A DNA stretch of 64,000 nucleotides, taken from contig JBDRGY010000016.1 in NCBI GenBank assembly GCA_043817315.1, positions 4,863-68,862 on the forward strand, read 5' to 3'. The notes below the pieces were generated by a model. It made no database searches. It was not told the origin of the DNA and saw nothing but the letters and a program-made list of their open reading frames with translations. This document shows positions 56,918 to 64,000 of the stretch, one piece after another. The position numbers and the translations under genes are program-made. Position 1 is the stretch's first letter. Every line of letters begins with the position of its first letter. The DNA is from Patescibacteria group bacterium. Lineage in GTDB: Bacteria; Patescibacteriota; Patescibacteriia; JBDRGY01.

Positions 56918-57724
56918 TTAGGATTCTCTGTCTAATATCTCCTTTTCAATAAACTCGTTGGATAACCTGAAGTTCAACTTTCTTTCTGTGCCGGCATCTA
57001 GCACTGGTCCTCTGACTATCTCCAGACTAACCCCCTCGATATCTGTAGGATGGGCCATGGAATCCGAACTTCTTTGGCCAAACTGACGGTTGAATTCATG
57101 GGAATAATCAGCCACCAGATCCTTAACTTCTCGGTTTTCGTCCAAAACACCCAGTTCTCTGAATAGCTGATTCTGCGCCTCTTCAGAAAGTTCGTGGTTT
57201 AATATTTCGAATCCTGGATATGGCTGGCCATTAATGGTACCTTTTTCGACTAATTCATCTCTAACTTCGGCTATATCCTTGGCCCGGCCCCAGGTGCCTA
57301 CACTACCATGTGGGGAAGCAATATAGCCGCCGCCCTCTCCGATCTCAGCACTTATCGTAATTCTGGAATCAACGCCATAATGTCGTCTCGCCCTTAGGTC
57401 CTCATTAGACATACTGCGGCCGGTTCTTTTTTCCCACTCTTCTTTGTGAGCCAAAACTGTTTTGGCATAGTGCTCCAGGCGCCCCCTAATTTTTCTTAGA
57501 ATCTCAACGTCTTTTTGATCTCCTCCATCTTCTAATTTGTCAGCTAATCTTTCTATACGGTTAAGAAGCTGACCGGTGGGACTGCTTTCTTTGTCTTCTA
57601 CATACTCCCGCATGGCGATTTCGCCATGCTTTTCCGCTATTCGGACTAAGGCCTCTTTGTCTTCATTGCTAATCTCGTCGATTCTACCTAATTTTCGAAT
57701 TTCTTCTTCTTTGTAAGCTCCCAC
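56918..57724 (-). CDS. Hypothetical soluble protein. Probably truncated at the N-terminus by a frameshift in an A6 run, with the true start likely at 57783
   Basis: GTG-start ORF in the track. ATG at 57783 with AGGAG RBS is in another frame, and a 1-nt change in the A-run at 57733..57738 joins it to this ORF. Confidence 0.5.
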   Translation of the reverse strand: MGAYKEEEIRKLGRIDEISNEDKEALVRIAEKHGEIAMREYVEDKESSPTGQLLNRIERLADKLEDGGDQKDVEILRKIRGRLEHYAKTVLAHKEEWEKRTGRSMSNEDLRARRHYGVDSRITISAEIGEGGGYIASPHGSVGTWGRAKDIAEVRDELVEKGTINGQPYPGFEILNHELSEEAQNQLFRELGVLDENREVKDLVADYSHEFNRQFGQRSSDSMAHPTDIEGVSLEIVRGPVLDAGTERKLNFRLSNEFIEKEILDRES

Positions 57725-57837
57725 TTCGGCTGTTTTTTATCTTCGATGCGGCCCTCTATTGATGATCCTGATTCTCTTGGCATAATATTGTCTCCTAATT
57801 AATTATTGATTCTTTTATAATATCAAGTTAACTTAAC

Positions 57838-59178
57838 TTATTCAGGGGAGTCTGTCAAGTCTAAACTTCTGGCCCATAATCCCAAAATTAACCAGAAAAA
57901 CAGCAAGCCAAATTGCAGGGTCCAATAGGTGTGGTCAAAGAATCCGGTGATCAAAAGCAAAATGACACCAATAGTATAAATGACAAACCAGAAATCTTTC
58001 TTGAGATCTAGTTTCTTGAATTTCTGGTAGACAATGCGAAATATCTCCCAGATTAACCATAAGAATATAAATAGTCCAAAAATGCTTGTCTCAGCTAAAA
58101 TTAAGATAAACAAATTATTGGGCGGTTGATAATTCCAGGCCTCCCGGCTGCCACTGATTTCTTCTTTGGCCGCTTCGGTAAAATTGTAAACACCCACTCC
58201 TTCATACCAATGTTCTTTAATCAATTGACTGGCATCTTTAATATAATAAGCTCTTTCTTCGAAAGAAACTTGTTCCAGTCGCTCTTCGGCCTGGAATCTG
58301 GTAATTACCAAATCCTGAAAGACCAGGCCAAAAACCAGGGCACCCAACAGCACTGCTCCTGTTAACCAAGTCAATTTTCGCTTGCCCCTTTTTGATAACT
58401 GCCACCAAATAAACATCCACAGGAGGACCAAGGCGACTAAGGTGGCCAACCAGGCCACTCGACCAAAAGCCAAGATTAAACCTAAGACTATCAAATAGAG
58501 AGCGGCATAAACGAATAATTCTTGGCTGCGCTTCTGGGCCATGAAGTACAGCCCCAAGACTATGATCAGGGTAATTGTCAAAAAATAGGATAAAATAATG
58601 GGATGCAAACTACCGTAAGCTCGCAGAAAACGGCCCATAATATTCTCAATAACATAAACTCCACTCTCCAGAGGAAGTTGTTCGGATAGACCCAACCATT
58701 TAAAAGGCACCACCTTCTGGGCGAAAAATTGCCACAAAGAAAAAACCACCTGTAGAGAGGCGCTTCCTACCAAAACCAAACTGGTTTTCTTGATAGAGAT
58801 GGGCAGACGCAGCACTAAGTAGAACAGAACAACCGCTTCCAGAATCTTGATAAAGCCATAGGCAGCGATTCCTTTATCAAAAGCGATTAAGATAGAAATA
58901 AAATTGATAAAAAGGAAGGCCAGGATCAGGGGCCACAATTTATTGACCATCTTGCCCAGCTGGCGGTGACGTTGACCGTTTATTAAATAGGCCAGTAACA
59001 AGATAACCAATAAAATATCTGTAGCGTAGAGACTAAAAGACCCGTACTCCCAAAACTGACCAGCGATTTTTCCTGATTTGATTATCCAACGAGTTTGCCA
59101 GGGTAATAGAAAAACAAAAATATAAAAGAGATATTCGGTTAGTCTGGATAAGTTGGTCTTGGTCTGTTTTTTGGTCAT
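57838..59178 (-). CDS. O-antigen ligase/polymerase-like (Wzy_C) polytopic membrane protein
   Basis: 446 aa, about 11 TM. Conserved loop ...FGRVAWLATLVALVLLW... Confidence 0.5.
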   Translation of the reverse strand: MTKKQTKTNLSRLTEYLFYIFVFLLPWQTRWIIKSGKIAGQFWEYGSFSLYATDILLVILLLAYLINGQRHRQLGKMVNKLWPLILAFLFINFISILIAFDKGIAAYGFIKILEAVVLFYLVLRLPISIKKTSLVLVGSASLQVVFSLWQFFAQKVVPFKWLGLSEQLPLESGVYVIENIMGRFLRAYGSLHPIILSYFLTITLIIVLGLYFMAQKRSQELFVYAALYLIVLGLILAFGRVAWLATLVALVLLWMFIWWQLSKRGKRKLTWLTGAVLLGALVFGLVFQDLVITRFQAEERLEQVSFEERAYYIKDASQLIKEHWYEGVGVYNFTEAAKEEISGSREAWNYQPPNNLFILILAETSIFGLFIFLWLIWEIFRIVYQKFKKLDLKKDFWFVIYTIGVILLLITGFFDHTYWTLQFGLLFFWLILGLWARSLDLTDSPE

Positions 59179-60137
59179 TAGCTATTAGTAATCAGTTTCT
59201 CCATTTTTTCCTGAAACATTTCTTTAAACTTGCCACGACGATCATTGTCGTGAAACTTTAATACTGAATCGTTGATAACTACCTTATTGTCCTGATTGGC
59301 TATTTGTTTCAATTCATCGGGCAAGCCTTTGAGTTGAACTTTTTTGATGATTGACTCCTGCCAGTGCCCCAAGAAGCTAAAGGCCACTATTTGGCCTGGC
59401 AGTTTGATGATCCGAGACAGCCAATTATCCTCTACCTTTCTACGCGGAGCTACGCTGGATTCCAAGAAATTGGGGAAGTGGTGGCTAGCCCAATTGTTAG
59501 CTTCAATAAACCGGTGATAAGTTTTTCCTCTGTCATAAATGGGCATCACTTGGGCGATCCAATGGGCTAGGTAGATATCAAAGGAATCGTACTGCAAGCT
59601 TTCGATATTGAGCTGATCTTCGGCGATAAAAAAGGTAAGGCAGAGTTTGTCTTGGGTGTCCGACTTAGTCGGCCTTAAGCCAAAAATCCGGGGCAGCAAG
59701 CTAGCCCAAAATCGAGCCAGCCAGATTCTGCCTTTTTGGGTAATAATAAAAAAATCGATATCTGAATAATCCCCGGCATTGGAAAAAGCCAGGGTATTGC
59801 ATACCGCCACCATTTTTATAAAAGGAATACAGCGCAGAACTTTGATAAAGCGCTTGGCTTTTTTGAACTTACGTTCAGCTACTTTGTAATTTTCTAGCCG
59901 CGAAATAACTATTCTTTCTCGATTCTTCAAATAATAGAAACCGTTTTTCTGGTCAATTAAATCATGCAAGGTTGAACTTTGGCGGAGACTGGCTTGCACC
60001 TGGCGAAAACTAACCTTGCCCTCTTTCTCCTTTTCAAAAAATAGCCACTTCCAGACTTCCAAGCTAGTTAAGGGAAAATCAAAAATATCAAAATAGCAGA
60101 TAGTGGCTAAAATTGCTTTTTCCAAATCAGATAACAT
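59178..60137 (-). CDS. Hypothetical protein
   Basis: 319 aa soluble. Start shares a nucleotide with the downstream gene. No motif recognised. Confidence 0.4.
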   Translation of the reverse strand: MLSDLEKAILATICYFDIFDFPLTSLEVWKWLFFEKEKEGKVSFRQVQASLRQSSTLHDLIDQKNGFYYLKNRERIVISRLENYKVAERKFKKAKRFIKVLRCIPFIKMVAVCNTLAFSNAGDYSDIDFFIITQKGRIWLARFWASLLPRIFGLRPTKSDTQDKLCLTFFIAEDQLNIESLQYDSFDIYLAHWIAQVMPIYDRGKTYHRFIEANNWASHHFPNFLESSVAPRRKVEDNWLSRIIKLPGQIVAFSFLGHWQESIIKKVQLKGLPDELKQIANQDNKVVINDSVLKFHDNDRRGKFKEMFQEKMEKLITNS

Positions 60138-60183
60138 ATTATATTTCTATTATAGGTTAAAAAAATGATATAGTATAATCGCT

Positions 60184-60723
60184 ATGGCCTTTATTAAACA
60201 TGTTCCCAATATTCTTTCCAGTTTTCGAATATTGATAGCCTTTTTACTCTTGTATTTTATTTCCCAAGAGCAATTCTCTGCTGCCCTGGTGGCTCTGTTG
60301 ACCGGCTTTTTGACCGATTTAATGGATGGGGCTATCGCCCGTCGCTGCAACGCTGTCACTAAATTGGGAGCTAATGTCTTGGAGGTGGCTGCTGATTCTT
60401 CTCTTATTTTCCTGACTATTCTGGGCTTCATCTTTCTGGGCAAGCTACCGGCCTGGATCTTCTTGGTTTTTTGCATTGGCCTGGCGCTCTATCTTCCTAT
60501 TACCAAATTTTGGCTTAAAGAAAAAGGTAAATGGATTACCGAGTTTTATATTCAGCCGATTGCCTACGGAATCTTTATCCTGTTTGTGCCTATCTATTTG
60601 GCTACTCGGGTTTTTGGCAGAACCATCTCCATTGTCTTGGTGCTGAGCTTTTTGGCAAGCGTGGCTTGGCTTAAAAGAAAAAGGTTATTATATTTTCTGA
60701 AAGGGGCCAGGCCGCCAAAATAA
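60184..60723 (+). CDS. CDP-alcohol phosphatidyltransferase family protein
   Basis: Motif DLMDGAIARRCNAVTKLGANVLEVAADS (D-G-x2-A-R-x8-G-x3-D-x3-D). 4-5 TM. The antisense ORF 60150..60476 is discounted. Confidence 0.75.
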   Translation: MAFIKHVPNILSSFRILIAFLLLYFISQEQFSAALVALLTGFLTDLMDGAIARRCNAVTKLGANVLEVAADSSLIFLTILGFIFLGKLPAWIFLVFCIGLALYLPITKFWLKEKGKWITEFYIQPIAYGIFILFVPIYLATRVFGRTISIVLVLSFLASVAWLKRKRLLYFLKGARPPK

Positions 60724-60764
60724 AAAACTCCTTGTTCCTACCACTTTTAATCAAGGAGCTTTTT

Positions 60765-63629
60765 TTATTTCTTGGTAAAAAAACGTTTTAGATACTGGCC
60801 GGTATAGCTCTTTTTTACTTTGGCAATTTCAGCCGGCGTTCCCTTAGCTACAATCTCTCCACCTTTATCTCCTCCTTCCGGGCCCAGGTCAATCACCCAA
60901 TCAGCTGATTTAATAACATCTAAATTGTGCTCGATGATCAAAACGGTATTTCCTTTATCCACCAATCGACTAAGGACATGCAATAATCTTTTAACATCGT
61001 CAAAATGAAGACCGGTAGTCGGCTCATCTAAAATATACAACGTCTTGCCGGTGGAATGCCGGGATAACTCAGTGGCCAGCTTGATTCTTTGAGCTTCGCC
61101 GCCCGATAAAGTAGTAGCTGGCTGCCCCAAGTGGACATAACCCAGGCCGACGTCATACAAAGTTTTTAATTTCGTGTGAATTGCCGGGATGTTGACAAAG
61201 AAGTGCTGAGCTTCTTCGACAGTCATGTCTAAGACGTCAGCAATGTTTTTTCCATTATAATGAATCTCTAGGGCTTGTTTGTTGTAACGCTTGCCTTTGC
61301 ATTCCTGGCATTCAACATAGACATCAGGCAAGAAATGCATTTCGATTTTAACCATACCTTCTCCTTCGCAAGCTTCGCAGCGTCCTCCTTTGACGTTAAA
61401 ACTAAAGCGCCCAGCTTTGTAGCCACGGATCTTAGCTTCAGGTACTTTGGTAAAAAGATCCCGGATATAGGTAAAGACTCCTGTATAAGTGGCTGGGTTT
61501 GATCTGGGAGTACGGCCAATCGGTGACTGGTCAATATCAATTACTTTATCAAGATTTTCCAGGCCCTCAACCTTCTTGTGCTTGCCGGGTAAATCTTTGG
61601 CGTTATAAAAATGCTGCCGTAGAGCCTTAGCTAAAATCTCTTCCATTAAAGTTGACTTGCCCGAACCAGAAACTCCTGTAATACAAACAAATTTAGCCAA
61701 AGGAATATGAACATCAATGGTCTTTAGGTTGAATTCAGCGGCTCCCCTGATAGTAATTTCTTTACCACTGCCTTGGCGATAAATCTTGGGCAGGTCAATC
61801 TGCTTTTTTCCGGATAGATATTGACCGGTAATTGATTTGGCAGATTTAGCTATCTTGGCCGGACTGCCCTGGGCCACTACTTCGCCTCCGTGTTCTCCGG
61901 CCCCCGGGCCGATATCAATAACTTCATCAGCCGCCATGATAGTATTTTCATCGTGCTCCACTACGATAACCGTATTGCCCAGCTCTTTTAATTTAGTTAA
62001 GGTGTCAATTAACTTGGCATTATCTCTTTGGTGCAGACCGATTGAGGGTTCGTCTAGAATATATATAACCCCCATCAAGGAAGAACCAATCTGGGTAGCC
62101 AGACGAATCCGTTGTGCTTCCCCGCCGGCCAAAGTAGCCGCCGCTCTGTCCAGGCTCAGATAATCTAAGCCAACATTATGTAAAAACTCTAACCTGGTCT
62201 GGATTTCTTTGAGAATTTGGTTGGCAATCTTTAGATCTCTTTTACTCAAAGCTCCTTTCTGATTCTTGTTACCGGCTAACTTTTTGAAAAATCCAATTGC
62301 TTGCTCAATAGTCAGAGCAGTGGCATCAGCTATATTGAGATCGACAACAGTAACGGCTAACATTTCCCTCTTTAATCTTTTTCCTTTACAAACCGGGCAG
62401 GGTAAAACTCGCATGTATCTCTCGATCTCGGTTCTAATATAATCAGAATCAGTTTCTTTATAGCGCCTTTCCAGATTAGGAATTACTCCCTCATAGGTAG
62501 AATGAAAATCCCCTTCAAATCGTTCACTGCCGTATTCCATCGTATACTTTTTACTGCCGGTACCGTATAAAACCATGTCTAATTGTTTTTTGGATAAATC
62601 TTTGACTGGAGATCGAGTAGAAAAATCATTTTCTTTAGCCACTGCTTCCAAAATGCGGAAATACCAGGTTTGAGTAGAGGAAGTTCTGGACCAGGGCCGG
62701 ATAGCCCCCTCAGCCAAAGACAATCTGGTGTTGGGTATTATTAATTTGGGATCTACTTCCAGCTTAGTGCCCAGGCCAGTGCAGGCCGGACAAGCTCCGT
62801 GGGGACTATTAAAGGAGAAGTTGCGCGGTTCGATCTCTGGTAGATTGATTCCGCACTTAGGACAGGAGAAGCTCTCGGAAAAAATCAGATCATTATCATT
62901 ATCCGCCTTTTGGATATAGAGTAGTCCGTCTCCCAGCTCCAAGGCAGTCTCGATTGATTCGGTCAATCTCTGTCTTAAACCATTTCCCTGCTCCATCACC
63001 AACCGGTCCACCACCACCTCCAGGCTGTGCTTTTTATTCTTGTCTAAAGACAACTCTTCGGCCTCTTCAATACTATATACATTTCCATTGATCCTGACGC
63101 GGGCGTAACCGGCCTTTTTGATTTCCTCTATGACGTGTTTGTGCTCACCCTTTTTGTCTCTGATTACCGGAGCTAATAGTAGTATCTTGGTTTTAGCCGG
63201 TATCTCCATCACCTGACTGGTGATTTGGTCAATAGTTTGTTTGGCTACTTCTTGGCCGCACTGGGGACAATGGGGAATGCCGATCCGGGCATACAATAAC
63301 CTCAAATAATCGTAAATCTCCGTTACAGTACCCACGGTAGAACGAGGGTTTCTGGTGGTTGATTTTTGATCAATAGAAATAGCCGGTGATAAACCGTCTA
63401 TCCTCTCCACATCTGGTTTGTCCATCAAACCCAAAAACTGCCGAGCGTAAGAAGATAAGCTTTCTACATATCTTCTCTGTCCTTCGGCATACAGTGTATC
63501 AAAAGCCAATGAAGATTTACCTGAGCCGGATAAGCCAGTAATTACTACTAATTTATCGCGAGGAATATCGACATTGATATTCTGCAAATTATGGACTTTG
63601 GCCCCTCTGATTTCTATCTTGTTATGCAT
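60765..63629 (-). CDS. uvrA: Excinuclease ABC subunit A
   Basis: 954 aa. Two ABC ATPase modules ([22 protein letters not shown]), zinc-finger Cys clusters, LSGGE signatures. Confidence 0.95.
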   Translation of the reverse strand: MHNKIEIRGAKVHNLQNINVDIPRDKLVVITGLSGSGKSSLAFDTLYAEGQRRYVESLSSYARQFLGLMDKPDVERIDGLSPAISIDQKSTTRNPRSTVGTVTEIYDYLRLLYARIGIPHCPQCGQEVAKQTIDQITSQVMEIPAKTKILLLAPVIRDKKGEHKHVIEEIKKAGYARVRINGNVYSIEEAEELSLDKNKKHSLEVVVDRLVMEQGNGLRQRLTESIETALELGDGLLYIQKADNDNDLIFSESFSCPKCGINLPEIEPRNFSFNSPHGACPACTGLGTKLEVDPKLIIPNTRLSLAEGAIRPWSRTSSTQTWYFRILEAVAKENDFSTRSPVKDLSKKQLDMVLYGTGSKKYTMEYGSERFEGDFHSTYEGVIPNLERRYKETDSDYIRTEIERYMRVLPCPVCKGKRLKREMLAVTVVDLNIADATALTIEQAIGFFKKLAGNKNQKGALSKRDLKIANQILKEIQTRLEFLHNVGLDYLSLDRAAATLAGGEAQRIRLATQIGSSLMGVIYILDEPSIGLHQRDNAKLIDTLTKLKELGNTVIVVEHDENTIMAADEVIDIGPGAGEHGGEVVAQGSPAKIAKSAKSITGQYLSGKKQIDLPKIYRQGSGKEITIRGAAEFNLKTIDVHIPLAKFVCITGVSGSGKSTLMEEILAKALRQHFYNAKDLPGKHKKVEGLENLDKVIDIDQSPIGRTPRSNPATYTGVFTYIRDLFTKVPEAKIRGYKAGRFSFNVKGGRCEACEGEGMVKIEMHFLPDVYVECQECKGKRYNKQALEIHYNGKNIADVLDMTVEEAQHFFVNIPAIHTKLKTLYDVGLGYVHLGQPATTLSGGEAQRIKLATELSRHSTGKTLYILDEPTTGLHFDDVKRLLHVLSRLVDKGNTVLIIEHNLDVIKSADWVIDLGPEGGDKGGEIVAKGTPAEIAKVKKSYTGQYLKRFFTKK

Positions 63630-63786
63630 AGCGGAATTAACTGAATAAAAAGAGTATGAGCATTATACACCCCCTGTCAAGATTTGGCAAGTCCTGCCCC
63701 CTGCGACACAGATAAGGGGCAAAAAAAATAAGGCCCCACCTCGTCAGTGCTTTCGCAAAGACGAGGGGGACCCGACCTGTGTTGGT

Positions 63787-64000
63787 CTAGTTGTTGTCAC
63801 CGCCCTGGGCAGCCTTGGTCTGCTGGTAGCGCAGAGTGCGGCAGCGCTTCAGGCCCCAGGTGTAGAGACGACAGCGCTCACCGTTACCGCGACCGGCCGT
63901 GCACTTGCCAGCTAGACAGTCCTCGCACTTGGACTCCTCGAAGTAGGTGGGATCCAGGCACTTGGCGACCGTATCGGCGATGCGCTCCAGAGGGATCTGG
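63787..64000 (-). CDS. 3' end of a GC-rich gene running off the window. Cys-rich C-terminus (possible zinc ribbon)
   Basis: Minus-strand frame open to the window edge: ...QIPLERIADTVAKCLDPTYFEESKCEDCLAGKCTAGRGNGERCRLYTWGLKRCRTLRYQQTKAAQGGDNN*. Stop at 63787-63789. GC far above the genome background. Confidence 0.35.
   Translation of the reverse strand, partial: QIPLERIADTVAKCLDPTYFEESKCEDCLAGKCTAGRGNGERCRLYTWGLKRCRTLRYQQTKAAQGGDNN

Noticed and set aside
60150-60476. 108-aa minus-strand ORF
   Set aside because: Antisense to the CDP-alcohol phosphatidyltransferase gene, which carries the family's diagnostic Asp-rich motif.

Overview
This 64-kb window is a low-GC, gene-dense bacterial contig with short genes, many membrane or secreted proteins and no recognisable biosynthetic clutter, which fits a Candidate Phyla Radiation (Patescibacteria)-like genome. 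Most of it is on the minus strand. The housekeeping backbone is a 5'-truncated relA/spoT homolog, parB-parA, tRNA-Leu/Met/Met, dnaG-rpoD, groES-groEL (with CIRCE), uvrA, ppsA, ispG, apt, an MTA phosphorylase, msrB and ZIP- and ABC-type transporters. Three things stand out against that backbone. (1) 12.2-20.9 kb is an ~8.7-kb minus-strand metal and thiol-redox cluster. Its downstream part is a csoR-led operon: a palindromic operator, a Cys-rich membrane protein, three paralogous N-terminal HMA-like domains each fused to a different extracytoplasmic redox or metal module (a CxxC domain, a DsbD_2-like membrane domain plus cupredoxin-like domain, and a DsbA-like thioredoxin), a hairpin, then a CopA P-type ATPase. 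Its upstream part is a DUF134-thioredoxin-thioredoxin-CcdA operon with a separate DUF5320 gene. (2) Roughly 29.5-37.2 kb is GC-rich, apparently horizontally acquired DNA bounded by two different tRNA-Asn(GUU) genes. It encodes an ARC/PAN-like AAA+ ATPase divergently paired with two coiled-coil proteins (one with a PspA-like N-terminal helix) and an ABC importer whose substrate-binding protein is fused to an OmpA-like peptidoglycan-binding domain. A smaller GC-rich patch sits on the other side of the first tRNA-Asn. (3) A recurring motif of tRNA gene + adjacent partial tRNA copy (Leu, Asn, Ser) plus a family of CCCCGC...GCGGGG hairpins marks recombination scars. Other notable items are a 1324-aa surface protein with about 650-bp tandem repeats, tandemly duplicated secreted repeat proteins downstream of a MacB-like ABC exporter, and two GC-rich pairs of translationally coupled small genes flanking ispG, one with a near-consensus sigma-70 promoter. 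A probable homopolymer frameshift splits one gene. No CRISPR array, integrase or transposase was recognised.
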